Source of the DNA: Candidatus Latescibacterota bacterium
GTDB taxonomy: Bacteria; Latescibacterota; UBA2968; GCA-2709665
Direction of reading: 5' to 3'
Assembly: GCA_965208835.1 (NCBI GenBank)
Contig: OZ242358.1
Span: forward strand, 608,001 to 672,000
DNA: 64,000 nt
Positions within the stretch are counted from its first letter, which is position 1. Each line of letters begins with the position of its first letter. Position numbers and translations under genes: made by a program. The notes under the pieces are model-generated. The model was given only the letters and a program-made list of their open reading frames with translations, was not told where the DNA came from and made no database searches. Positions 34,205-44,356 of this stretch are shown here, piece after piece.

Positions 34205-36676
34205 ATGGACACCGGACGTCGATTTCAGCCTGTCCACCTTCAGCGATACTGTATTGTCGTTCTGATGCTGGGACTGAGCGTATCGTCGACAGCGGGGACG
34301 TCTTCGACACGGGATTCCATTCAAGCCGTCGGCGAACGGCAGCTGGACAGCCGCCAACTCGACGCGGCCCTGGACACATTTTCAGGACTTGCCGAAGCGT
34401 TTCCGGACGACGCGCATATACTGACCCGTCTGGGCCGCGTACAGTTGAAGGCTGAAGACTTCAAGGCGGCAAAGAAGTCCTACGAGGCGGCGCTGAAACT
34501 GGATGAAGATTATGCGGCGGCGCACGCCGGCCTGGCACTTGTGTACGCTGAGATGCCGGCAAAGGGGATAAGCGCCTTTCACAACCTCCGCCGGGCGGTT
34601 GGCGCGGCAAAGAAGGCCATCGAACTGGATCCCGAACAGGCCGACGCCTACCGGGCCCTCGGAGAGGCGCACGAACGATTCAAGGAGGACCACGAGAAGG
34701 CGCTTGGATATTTCGACACGTACCTGTCGATGGAGCCTGACGACCCCGACGGCCTCTATTACTTCGGACTGGCATGCATACAGGCGGAATCCTACGACAG
34801 AATCACTCGACATATCGTCCCGTTTGTGGAAGCCCTCGACGAAGACACCCGCTTGCTTGCTATCGCTGCCCAGGGCCTCATCCACGAGGAAAAATACAAT
34901 GAGGCGCTGGACTATTTTCAGCGTTTCCTGGGAACCATCGAACCGCATGAACGCGAGTTTTACGAAGACGTCGCGAACGTGGCTTCTACGGAAGAACTCC
35001 GGGAGATCCAGGCGCTGACGGACTCGACGGCGCGTCAGATCTACCTGGAGCGGTTCTGGCTGCGGCGAGACCCCGATATGATGACCCGCGTCAATGAGCG
35101 CATCATCGAGCATTACCGGCGGGTCTGGTACGCCCGCGCCTTTTTTGCCGATAAGGTATCGCCCTGGGACAAGAGGGGGGAAGTCTATATCCGATACGGC
35201 AAGCCGGACTACCGTTCGCGGTCCTATCAGCGCGATCTATCCGTTACCCCCGACGTCGACGCCGTCCGCATGCGCATGGCGGCGAGTCTCTACGGCGCCG
35301 AAGCTTCCTTTATGACGTTTACCGGACCGGTGTTTCCGATAAGGGCGTTTCGCCATCCCATTACCCAGCGTACCCAGGACGCACTCCACGGATTCGGTTC
35401 GGCCGATCAGCGCGACGCCAGTTTTCTGGAAGACGGTTTTACTTCCAATACCGATGCAGCGGATGAAGAGGAGTTCCAGGAACGCGACCTGGAAGGAACC
35501 CCACTGCCAACGCCGCTTACGCGAAGCGACTACGACGACCAGGACGGCGCCAGGTTCGAAGAATTCGGAAATCAGCTCGCCCGGATGAAATTCGGGGACT
35601 ACATACCCGTAACGATCCACACCGATATGGCCACCGTTCCCTGGGAGACCTGGATCTACACGCAGATCCATGGGGGTATCGAGATCGTGTTTACCGATGA
35701 AAACAAGAGCGGTCAGTTCAATTTCGCCCCAATTCCCCCAGTGACTGGTCTCAATAACCAGCTTGTGAACATTACCCGCCTGGTCAGATACGCCCCCGAG
35801 ATCATCTACCAGAACGCCGCGCACGAGACCCCCGACTACTACCGGCCGGGAATCCAGGGACCGGCGCTCAATTTCTATTATGACCTGGCCAACTTCCAGG
35901 GATCCGACGGCCGGACCAACGTTGAAGTATACTATGGCATTCCACCCGAACAGGTCCGGATTGCCGAGCAGGCGGATTCGGCGCAGGTCAGCGTGCAGTG
36001 CGCCATGGCCCTGGCCGACGCGGCGCACACGACGATCTATCGCGATACCCGGGAGTTCCACTACGAGGGACGGGCGGACTTCGACAGGGTCAGAGGGGCG
36101 TTTCTTCCGGAAATGCTCAAGACCCCGGTGCCGCCGGGCAAATACGAACTCCAGGTCCAGATCAAGGATCTGGCTTCCGGACATACCGGACTCTACAAGC
36201 AGGCGGTCGAAGTGCCCGATTACGGTGTTGAAAAGCTCAAGATCAGCGACATCCTTCTGGCTTCGGAAATCTCCGACGCGAATTCGGCGGGAAAATTCAG
36301 AAAGGGCGAAATCCGGGTGGTGCCGATGCCCACCAGAAATTACAGAGAGGCGCAGAAGGTATATGCCTATTACGAGATATACAACCTGAAGAAGAACCGG
36401 TTCGGACAGACCGACTACGAGGTGGAATACCTGGTCCGTACGGTCGTGGGGCGGTCGGAAGGCGTGGTGGGCGCCATCACTTCCCTTTTCAAGCGCAGGA
36501 AGACACAGGTGTCGGTATCGTACGAACACTCCGGAACGGCGACTACAGAACAACAGTACTTTGAAATCGACCTGGAGAAATCGAAACCGGGCGTACAGGT
36601 TCTGGAGGTGAAGATCAAGGACCGGGTCAGCGGCAAGAGCGACACCCGCGAGATTCAGTTCCGCTACGGAATCTGA
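34205..36676 (+). CDS. TPR plus GWxTD-domain protein
   Basis: Signal peptide, N-terminal TPRs, FWLRRDP...NERIIEHYRRVWYA...WDKRGEVYIRYGKPD, WETWIY and C-terminal beta-sandwiches. Confidence 0.85.
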   Translation: MDTGRRFQPVHLQRYCIVVLMLGLSVSSTAGTSSTRDSIQAVGERQLDSRQLDAALDTFSGLAEAFPDDAHILTRLGRVQLKAEDFKAAKKSYEAALKLDEDYAAAHAGLALVYAEMPAKGISAFHNLRRAVGAAKKAIELDPEQADAYRALGEAHERFKEDHEKALGYFDTYLSMEPDDPDGLYYFGLACIQAESYDRITRHIVPFVEALDEDTRLLAIAAQGLIHEEKYNEALDYFQRFLGTIEPHEREFYEDVANVASTEELREIQALTDSTARQIYLERFWLRRDPDMMTRVNERIIEHYRRVWYARAFFADKVSPWDKRGEVYIRYGKPDYRSRSYQRDLSVTPDVDAVRMRMAASLYGAEASFMTFTGPVFPIRAFRHPITQRTQDALHGFGSADQRDASFLEDGFTSNTDAADEEEFQERDLEGTPLPTPLTRSDYDDQDGARFEEFGNQLARMKFGDYIPVTIHTDMATVPWETWIYTQIHGGIEIVFTDENKSGQFNFAPIPPVTGLNNQLVNITRLVRYAPEIIYQNAAHETPDYYRPGIQGPALNFYYDLANFQGSDGRTNVEVYYGIPPEQVRIAEQADSAQVSVQCAMALADAAHTTIYRDTREFHYEGRADFDRVRGAFLPEMLKTPVPPGKYELQVQIKDLASGHTGLYKQAVEVPDYGVEKLKISDILLASEISDANSAGKFRKGEIRVVPMPTRNYREAQKVYAYYEIYNLKKNRFGQTDYEVEYLVRTVVGRSEGVVGAITSLFKRRKTQVSVSYEHSGTATTEQQYFEIDLEKSKPGVQVLEVKIKDRVSGKSDTREIQFRYGI

Positions 36677-36713
36677 CTTGCACGCCGCTGCCAACGCCCA
36701 TCGCGGCATGGAC

Positions 36714-36747
36714 GCAAGCAGGGCGCAGTACGCTGCGCCCTGCTTGC
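36714..36747. repeat. Perfect 15-bp inverted repeat (REP-like or terminator hairpin)
   Basis: GCAAGCAGGGCGCAG-TACG-CTGCGCCCTGCTTGC. Confidence 0.75.
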
Positions 36748-36793
36748 TTCTGTGGACCATTTGGAATCGACTCTGGCGGGAGGCGAACGGGAA

Positions 36794-37774
36794 ATGTCTG
36801 AACTTCGTGCGGGACTGATCGGATGCGGAGCGATCGGCGGCGTGCATAGCGAAGCAGTGGCGGGGCTGGACGGCATACGCATGGCGGCGTTCTGCGACGT
36901 GGTTGAGCAGAAGGCGCGCGACTTGTGTACTCGCTACGGAGGCGATTATGCCACCGACGACGCCGGCCGCGTCCTCGCGGATCACTCGCTGGACACGGTC
37001 TACATCTGCACACACCACGACACCCATGCTGATTACTGTATCCGGGCGGCGGAAGCGGGAAAGAACGTATTGGTGGAAAAGCCGCTCGCGCTCACCGTCG
37101 AAGACTGCCGGAAGATCGGCGACGCGGTCGAGCGTGAGGGGATTCAACTCTTTACGGCCTTCAAGATGCGTTACTATCCGATGGTACAAAAGGCCCGGGA
37201 ACTGATTCCCGAGCCGCTGATGGTGGTGATGCAGATGATGGACAACCGATGGGGGGATACCTGGGCCAACGATCCCGTACTGGGGGGCGGCAACGTCTAT
37301 AGCCAGGGGTGCCATTCGTGCGACCTCCTCAGATATGTGGCCGGCTCGGACCCGAAGGAAGTCTACGCGGCGGGCGGGAACTACTATCAGCCAAACGGCA
37401 GGCTTGACAATCTGACCGCTACGTTCAGGTTTGAAAACGGCACGGCCGGCTGCTGGATTCAGGGAGACGCCAATCAGCCGGCGATGACGAGCAAGCTCTT
37501 CATGGAGATTTTTTCCGAAAACCGGTCCGTACTTCTGACCGACCGGTTCTGCACGCTGACGTATACGGAGACCGGGAAGGAACCGGTGGTCTATCGCGGC
37601 GAAGAGGGAGGATTCGTGGAGGAGAACCGGCTGTTTATCGAGGCATTGAGAACCGGCGCGCCCATGGCCGCGGACCACGTGGACGGGCTGATGGCCACAC
37701 TCATGATGATCCAGGCAGCGCGGAGCATCGAAAGCGGCAGGCCGGAGCCCGTCGCATCGCTCGCAAGGGTTTGA
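36794..37774 (+). CDS. Gfo/Idh/MocA family oxidoreductase
   Basis: GLIGCGAIG, VLVEKPLA and GCHSCDL. Confidence 0.92.
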   Translation: MSELRAGLIGCGAIGGVHSEAVAGLDGIRMAAFCDVVEQKARDLCTRYGGDYATDDAGRVLADHSLDTVYICTHHDTHADYCIRAAEAGKNVLVEKPLALTVEDCRKIGDAVEREGIQLFTAFKMRYYPMVQKARELIPEPLMVVMQMMDNRWGDTWANDPVLGGGNVYSQGCHSCDLLRYVAGSDPKEVYAAGGNYYQPNGRLDNLTATFRFENGTAGCWIQGDANQPAMTSKLFMEIFSENRSVLLTDRFCTLTYTETGKEPVVYRGEEGGFVEENRLFIEALRTGAPMAADHVDGLMATLMMIQAARSIESGRPEPVASLARV

Positions 37775-37831
37775 AGCGTCCGGGAGTTTTCCTGGCAGCA
37801 TCACTGTAATCAATCTTCACGAGGTATAGAC

Positions 37832-40174
37832 ATGAAGGAACACAGACATCCGCATCCGCACAAAGACCCGAGACAGCCCAGGGACGGGGCCGGTCCGCAA
37901 ACCAACCCCCCTGTCTTCGCCTGGCTTCCGGTGGATTCCGCCTCGTGCTATCGCCTGCAGGTGGCGCGTGACCCGGGTTTTGAGAACATCTGCCTGGACA
38001 AGGGCGATCTGCAGGAACCGGTGTACCTGCCTGAACGGGCGTTTGAGCCCGGGGAGTATTTCTGGCGGTGGTCCGCGGATCATGGCGCGACGTCGGAGGA
38101 TTTTTCGTTTGAGATCCGGCCTGAGGCCACAGTTGTGGAAGTGCCCCCGGCTGGCGAATGGCTGAAGGGATTCCCGTCGGAACATCCGCGGATCTACGTC
38201 CGACCGGAGGAGGTGCCGGCGCTTCGGTCCGCCTCCGCCGGCGATGCATCACGGGCGTGGGAGGGCTTGCGAGACAGCGCCGAGGCCGTGTTGGCCCAAC
38301 CGCACGAGATCGAAGAGCCGCCCTTTCTCCCTGACCGCAGCGAAAACTATCAGAAGTATCATGAGACGTGGGCGCCGATCATGTGGGAATCCCGGCGCTT
38401 CGTCAAGGGCGCGGAGACCCTGGCGCTGGCCTACATGGTGGGCGGGGAGGATCGATTCGCACGCGCCGCCTGCCAACGGATGGCGTCCATATCCCGCTGG
38501 GACCCGGAGGGATCGAGTCACCTTGCCCACAACGACGAAGCCCACATGTCGGTAATCTGGAACGGCTCGAACGCGTGCGACTGGGTATGGGACCGTTTTA
38601 CGGACGAAGAACGCGATGCCGTCGTGGCGCAGTTCCGGGAGCGGGGACAGATAACGTTCGACTATATGCACAACAGGGGGTCGTACGGGGTGACGCGGTT
38701 CGACTCGCATGCCGGCCGCGAGATCGTGTTCCTTGCGCACATCGCGCTGGTGTTTCACGATCACATTCCCGAAGCGCAGTCGTGGCTGGAGTGGCTGAGG
38801 CCGGTGCTGTGCGGTATCTGGCCGATCTGGTCGGGTGACGATGGGGCATGGGCGGAAGGACCCTCTTATGGGCTGGCCTACGTTACAATCATGACCATGT
38901 TCGCCTCGGCGCTGAAGCGGGGTATCGGCGTGGATCTGTACCGGAGACCCTTCTGGAAGAACCACGCCCGGTGGCGCCAGTACTGTCTGCCGCCATACGC
39001 GGAGTGGATGGGATTCGGCGACCATACGGAGCGGTGGGCAGGCACCTGGAGGTCCAATGCGGACCTGGTGGATCTGATCGGGCGCGAGACGGATACCGAC
39101 GACTTCGCGGAATACGTGGAAGCCTTCCGCGCCGAGGCAGAGCAGATGCAGACACCGCAGGAGCGGCGAAGCTCGGGCGTGATGTCGCAACTCTTCCTGG
39201 CGCAACCCGAAAGAGCGCGTCCGGAGACCGGCGCGGCGGAGTCGATATTTCGCGTGTTCCCGGCCGCCGGATGGGCCGCGGTACGGACGAACCTGAACGA
39301 TGCCGCACGGGACGTGGCGCTGATCTTTCGCTCTTCTCCGCTCGGCGCCATCAGCCATTCTCACGCGAACAACAACGATTTCATTCTGCACGCAGGCGGC
39401 AAGGTGATGGCGATGCCCAGCGGCTACTACATCGGATACGGTTCGGACCACCACACGCACTGGGTATGGCACACCAAGTCGCACAACTGCGTGACGCTTT
39501 CGGATGCCTCCCAGATCATGCGGTCGCACGACTCCCTCGGGAGAATCGAAAATGCATTCGAGGACGAGCGGATCGTCTATTTCGCAGGCAACGCGGACGC
39601 CAGCTACAGCGACCGCGCGGAACGGTGCCGGCGGCACGTTTTCTTCCTGAAGGCGCAGAGCTGTTTCGTGATGATCGACGAGTTCGTCGCTGTTCCGGGC
39701 ATCGATTCGGCGCTGCAGTGGAATATCCACTCCTGGAACCGTTTTTCGGTGGACGAGGTGAGAAGGACCTTCCTGCTGGAACGTGAAGGGAGTTCCCTCG
39801 AAGGGCATTTCATGTACCACAACAACGCGTTCTTCACCCTGAGCGAGGGATGGGACCCCCCGCCGATGCGGGCCGGCAGGGACGAAACGCAATGGGGCCA
39901 GCAGTACCACCTGCGGTTTACGACCTCCGGCCTGGTAAGCCGGCGCAACCTGGGCGTTGTATTGTGCCCGGGACACGCGTCGCTGGATCGGTCAGGCGTC
40001 CGGACCGAGCGATCGGGCGAAACGGAGGTGGCGCGGATCGGCGACGACCTTGCGATGGTGGGCGGTCGGGACGGTGTGGCGTATGAAAGCCATCGCTCTG
40101 ACGGACTGGCGCTGCTTGTGGTCGAGGGTCTCACGTACGAACTTCGGGATGAGGGCGTGTCCTCACGACGCTGA
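37832..40174 (+). CDS. DUF4962/heparinase II/III lyase (oligo-alginate-lyase-like), no signal peptide
   Basis: N-terminal Ig-like NPPVFAW, HPRIY, DGAWAEGPSY, FGD, SHSHANNNDF and SHNCV. Confidence 0.85.
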   Translation: MKEHRHPHPHKDPRQPRDGAGPQTNPPVFAWLPVDSASCYRLQVARDPGFENICLDKGDLQEPVYLPERAFEPGEYFWRWSADHGATSEDFSFEIRPEATVVEVPPAGEWLKGFPSEHPRIYVRPEEVPALRSASAGDASRAWEGLRDSAEAVLAQPHEIEEPPFLPDRSENYQKYHETWAPIMWESRRFVKGAETLALAYMVGGEDRFARAACQRMASISRWDPEGSSHLAHNDEAHMSVIWNGSNACDWVWDRFTDEERDAVVAQFRERGQITFDYMHNRGSYGVTRFDSHAGREIVFLAHIALVFHDHIPEAQSWLEWLRPVLCGIWPIWSGDDGAWAEGPSYGLAYVTIMTMFASALKRGIGVDLYRRPFWKNHARWRQYCLPPYAEWMGFGDHTERWAGTWRSNADLVDLIGRETDTDDFAEYVEAFRAEAEQMQTPQERRSSGVMSQLFLAQPERARPETGAAESIFRVFPAAGWAAVRTNLNDAARDVALIFRSSPLGAISHSHANNNDFILHAGGKVMAMPSGYYIGYGSDHHTHWVWHTKSHNCVTLSDASQIMRSHDSLGRIENAFEDERIVYFAGNADASYSDRAERCRRHVFFLKAQSCFVMIDEFVAVPGIDSALQWNIHSWNRFSVDEVRRTFLLEREGSSLEGHFMYHNNAFFTLSEGWDPPPMRAGRDETQWGQQYHLRFTTSGLVSRRNLGVVLCPGHASLDRSGVRTERSGETEVARIGDDLAMVGGRDGVAYESHRSDGLALLVVEGLTYELRDEGVSSRR

Positions 40175-40248
40175 ATCCAGGCTGTCCTGGAGCAAGGCTT
40201 GACTCGTATTGTCGTTTGTCCCACTCTCCCCGGCGCCCCATAAGCAGG

Positions 40249-40445
40249 GAGACGTGAGACGGTAGAGGGCAGAGGATCCCACCTCCACCACCTGGTGAGA
40301 CGTAAGCCGGGAGAGGGTAGAGATCGCATGCCGTGTAAGGATTCTTCTCATGCCGCAGGCGAGTCTGTGGGACATATTGGCAAGGGCTTCTTCTACCGTC
40401 TTACGTCTTGCGTCTACCCGATTCTCTCACCTCTACCCTCTACCC
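40249..40445. repeat. Intergenic element with direct and inverted heptamer-like repeats
   Basis: GAGACGTGAGACGGTAGAGGGCAGAG (40249-40274) and GAGACGTAAGCCGGGAGAGGGTAGAG (40297-40322), complementary to TTCTACCGTCTTACGTCTT (40391-40409) and CTCTACCCTCTACCC (40431-40445). Confidence 0.7.
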
Positions 40446-40508
40446 GCATTCAGGCTCTTTTCGTCCAATTTAACTGTTGTTCTTTTTCAAATTGAGGCTC
40501 ACGAGGAG

Positions 40509-43500
40509 ATGGCCGTGAAGAACGAACCGGTAGGCCTGAAGGTGGACGCGCTGAAAGACATGTGTCTGGAAACGCCACTGGTCGTCAACGGCGAGCCACA
40601 GGCGAAGGTCGTCATCGGCGGCGAGGTGGCGCACGCCAGGCAGGCAGACAGAATCGTGGAGCGTGTCGAGGCGGCGACGGGGGCGCGGTTGGAGGTGGTC
40701 CGGGCAGCAGACGCGGCGGCCGGGGCGCTGCTGGAGGGGCACGTGGTGGCGCTTGGGAATATGGCCGACAACGCCTTCATCCGGTGGCTCTATTACCAGT
40801 GGTGGGCGGTGGAAGACCGCTGCTATCCCGGAAGGGGCGGGTACGCGCTGCGGACGCTGCACAACCCTCTGGGGAACCGGTGCAACGTGGTGCTGCTGGG
40901 GGCCAGCGACGACTCGGGGCTGGAGCGGGTGACCTCGCGGTTTGCGGCGTCTGTGCCGGATGGAAAGACATTCAGCGTGGGGTGGACGATGGAAATCCGG
41001 CTCGGCCCCGGGTTCGACGCTTTTTCCCGTCCGCCGGAGGGGTGGCTGCAGGAGCGGAGAGAGGACTTCATCGCGCGGGCGACCGCGCCTCACGCTTCCG
41101 AGGCGGGAGCCGGGTTCCAGTTGATCTCGGAGGCTGGCGCGTACGGGTTGATGTATCACCGGACCGGACACGAGGCGTATGCAACCGCCGTTCTGGAAAT
41201 CGCAAAAGCCCATCTGATGATGGGCGAGTTCGGCGTGATGGCGCACTTCCACGTCTGGTGGCTGGCAGCGGTATGGGACCTGATCGAGGAGAGTCCCGCG
41301 TTCTCGGACGAGGACCGGCTGAAGATCACGCAATACCTGCTGTGGATCATGGATTCCGAGGAGGGCGCGTATACCCGATTCTTCCGCGAGGGCGTCGGGC
41401 ACCGGATGGTCCGCCAGAACCACCAGACGCTGGTGGCGCTGGCGGCGTGGTTTGGGGGAAGATACTTCTCGACCCACTACGGTTTTGAGGAGGGTAAGGA
41501 ATGGATGGCCGCGTCTGCCGACGTGTTCAAGGGTCAGGCGGAGTCGTTCAAACCGGTCGAGGATGCCAATGCCTACCAGTGGATGACGCTGGACCACATA
41601 TTGACCTATACGCTGGCGAGTGGGGATACGACCTATATCGAGAACGGAAACTGCAAACGGTCTCTGGACCAGGCGGTGCTGTATTGCAACAACCGGGGAG
41701 CGCTGCCCGCGTTCGGAGATACGGGCGCGCCGATGGATGGATACCCCACGAATTTCCTGGCCAAGGCGGGTCATGTACTTCAGGACGGGCGTGCGGTGTT
41801 TCTGTTGGGCAAACGGTTCGACAGGCCCTCGGACTACTTTCGGCCCCAGCCGCCGGGCGAGCGGTACGAGGCGGTGAGAGATCCCTTGCTCGTGATGAGT
41901 TTCGAGAAGTACTTCGACGACGGGCTGCCTCCCGAGGTCCCGGAAGCGATGGCCGGGGTGCCGGTGCTCGAGGTCGCCGGCGGTTTCTACGATCTCGCCG
42001 AAGATCCCGGGGCGAGGCCGCGCGAAGTGAAGCCGTTGAACCTGCCGAAAGAAGAGGCGTTCGATACGGTCTGTTTCCGGGAGGGCTTCGGCCGGGACGA
42101 CCAGTACCTGATGCTGCACGGGATCTATTACGGCAACCACAGCCACGAAGACGGGAATACCATACCGGAATTCTCGGCCAACGACCGGATTTTCCTGGTG
42201 GACGCGTCGTATACGGAGGGTCCGACGCTGAAGCACCACAACGGCGTGACGGCGGTGCGGGACGGGGAGGCGTGGGACGTACCCGCCCTTTGCCGGCTGG
42301 ATGGCGTGGCGGACCTGGGCCGCGTGGGCATGAGCCGGACGTCCGCGGATGGCGATTGGGGCGCTCTGTGGGTCCGGAATATCGTTTGGCAAAGGGGCCG
42401 ATATTTCGTGGTGGTGGACGAGGTCGAAGCGACGAAGCCGGGCGCGTTCGCGCTGCAGTGTCACTGGCGGACGTTGGGGACACCCGCATTGAAGGACGGA
42501 ATGCTCGAGGTGATTCAGCAGGACCCCGAGACAGGGCGCGAAGACCGGTTTGTTCTGCAGAGTGTGGGCGGAGGCCGGATGTCGCTGGAGCGGGACTGGG
42601 AGAATTTCGGCCACTGGTGGGACGCATATCCCTATGCGGATGACTATGTGAATATTCTGCGAGAGTCAGCCAGCAGGGAGATGGAGGCGGGAGACCGGCA
42701 CACGTTTATCAACCTGTTCTATGCCTCCAATACGCGGAAGCCCGTGGACGACCGGATGCGCCGCGTGGGGGAATCGGCAGTGGCGGTCGAAGGATCGCAA
42801 GGCCGTATGCTGGTGGGGACCGGGGGCGGGACAGGCGCGTTCGAAGTCGGATCGATTTCCGGCCGGGCCGAAATCTATGCGGCCGGCGACGGGTGGTTTG
42901 CGCTGTGCAACGGCACATCGCTGTGTTCGGAAGGCGCGGTTTTCGAAAGCGAACACCCCGTTTCAATCGAGTTCGATCTGGAACGTGGCGAAGGCGTGGT
43001 TATAACACCGCGCCCCGCTGAGATCACGCTGAACAGGGAGCGGCTACACGTTGCGGCCGGGCGGCAGGAAGTGAAAACGCATAAGCCCGGAGCAGGCGTG
43101 TTTTCGATGGTCGGGACTGCAGACCTGCCGGCGTACGGGGCAGATTTTCGAGCGCCCGCACCGGCGGCGTCCGTGCCCGGCCTGTCCCGGATCTGGACGT
43201 ATGACGCCGGTTCGGGCGTGCGCTGCACCGCCGCGAACGCGGATGGGGTGGTCCTGGGGACGGAAGACGGGCGGGTCCTGGCGCTGGACGAATACGGAAA
43301 GCCGGCCTGGTCATTCCAGGCGGAAGGGAGCGTGCTTTCTGCGGGTCCGATAGAATTGGACGGCCAGCGTTGTGTGATTGCGGGCGCCGACGACCGGCGT
43401 CTCTATCTGCTGGAGGAAGGCGGAGAGGTACGGTGGTCTCGCGCGTTTGAGATATTCAGGGGCACGTGGGACCGGTACGCGCGAAACTCCGCGGTGGAGT

Positions 43501-44252
43501 TCGTGACGGCGGCGGACCTGCGCGGTTGCGGCAGGCCGGACATCCTGGCGGCGGTCTCGGACCGGCAGCTCCACTGTATTGACGCGACCGGCGACGAGCG
43601 TTGGAGTTTTATGATCTACGGCATTTTCGCGCCGCTACGCGTCGCGGATATTAACGGGGACGGGAGGCAGGAGGTGATCGGCGGTCCGGGCCGGATTACA
43701 TGCGGGGGGACCTGTTATGTGCTGGATGCCGACGGCGCGGAGGTCGCGAGCAACGGGCTGGACGGTTGGGCGTCGATGATGCCCGCGTGCGACGTCTGGG
43801 TAAAGGGGGACGAGCACCTCATCGCGTGCGGGACGAACCGGTCGCATGTTTTCGGGTTGAAACTGGACGGCAATCGACTGGAGACGCTCTGGAAGCAGCG
43901 GGTGGGAGAGGAAGTCAACTCGGTCTGTGCCGCGGACGTGGACGGAGACAGCAGACCGGAGGTCCTGGTCGGGTCGGACTGTTTCTATATTTACCTGTTG
44001 GACGAACATGGTAAGGAAAGATGGCGGCGTAACCTTGGTGCACCCGTACAACAGGTGATGGTGGCCGGACTGGACGGGGGCGCGAAGATCGCCGCGGGGT
44101 GTGAGGACGGATCCGTGTGGGTGCTGGACACGGATGGACGGACCCTCGGCCTTCACCGTGCAGAGTCTGAGATACACACCCTGACGACGCATGAAGAAAG
44201 CCGTCTGCTGATCGGATGTTCGGACGGGACGCTGTCACTGCTGGGCGTTTGA
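40509..44252 (+). CDS. Large heparinase II/III-like protein with a C-terminal PQQ/FG-GAP-like beta-propeller
   Basis: QNHQ, EDANAYQW, AFGD, NHSHEDGN and KHHNGV, then propeller repeats (WSFQAEG, ADINGDGRQE, ADVDGDSRPE). Start is ATG 40509 or GTG 40515 after GAGGAG. Confidence 0.78.
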   Translation: MAVKNEPVGLKVDALKDMCLETPLVVNGEPQAKVVIGGEVAHARQADRIVERVEAATGARLEVVRAADAAAGALLEGHVVALGNMADNAFIRWLYYQWWAVEDRCYPGRGGYALRTLHNPLGNRCNVVLLGASDDSGLERVTSRFAASVPDGKTFSVGWTMEIRLGPGFDAFSRPPEGWLQERREDFIARATAPHASEAGAGFQLISEAGAYGLMYHRTGHEAYATAVLEIAKAHLMMGEFGVMAHFHVWWLAAVWDLIEESPAFSDEDRLKITQYLLWIMDSEEGAYTRFFREGVGHRMVRQNHQTLVALAAWFGGRYFSTHYGFEEGKEWMAASADVFKGQAESFKPVEDANAYQWMTLDHILTYTLASGDTTYIENGNCKRSLDQAVLYCNNRGALPAFGDTGAPMDGYPTNFLAKAGHVLQDGRAVFLLGKRFDRPSDYFRPQPPGERYEAVRDPLLVMSFEKYFDDGLPPEVPEAMAGVPVLEVAGGFYDLAEDPGARPREVKPLNLPKEEAFDTVCFREGFGRDDQYLMLHGIYYGNHSHEDGNTIPEFSANDRIFLVDASYTEGPTLKHHNGVTAVRDGEAWDVPALCRLDGVADLGRVGMSRTSADGDWGALWVRNIVWQRGRYFVVVDEVEATKPGAFALQCHWRTLGTPALKDGMLEVIQQDPETGREDRFVLQSVGGGRMSLERDWENFGHWWDAYPYADDYVNILRESASREMEAGDRHTFINLFYASNTRKPVDDRMRRVGESAVAVEGSQGRMLVGTGGGTGAFEVGSISGRAEIYAAGDGWFALCNGTSLCSEGAVFESEHPVSIEFDLERGEGVVITPRPAEITLNRERLHVAAGRQEVKTHKPGAGVFSMVGTADLPAYGADFRAPAPAASVPGLSRIWTYDAGSGVRCTAANADGVVLGTEDGRVLALDEYGKPAWSFQAEGSVLSAGPIELDGQRCVIAGADDRRLYLLEEGGEVRWSRAFEIFRGTWDRYARNSAVEFVTAADLRGCGRPDILAAVSDRQLHCIDATGDERWSFMIYGIFAPLRVADINGDGRQEVIGGPGRITCGGTCYVLDADGAEVASNGLDGWASMMPACDVWVKGDEHLIACGTNRSHVFGLKLDGNRLETLWKQRVGEEVNSVCAADVDGDSRPEVLVGSDCFYIYLLDEHGKERWRRNLGAPVQQVMVAGLDGGAKIAAGCEDGSVWVLDTDGRTLGLHRAESEIHTLTTHEESRLLIGCSDGTLSLLGV

Positions 44253-44356
44253 GGACGGCTCGATCGTCGCGGCCCTTACTTCGTGACAGCGATGGACGAC
44301 CGGAGAATGGGGACGGTCGGCTCTGGATTTGAGGGGGTGTACAGGGAGCCGGAGAC

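Noticed and set aside
35237-37813. 858-aa minus-strand ORF, and similar long antisense ORFs at 38249-39976, 40470-42614 and 60824-62455
   Set aside because: These are antisense shadows of well-supported genes in GC-rich DNA and carry no recognisable motifs.
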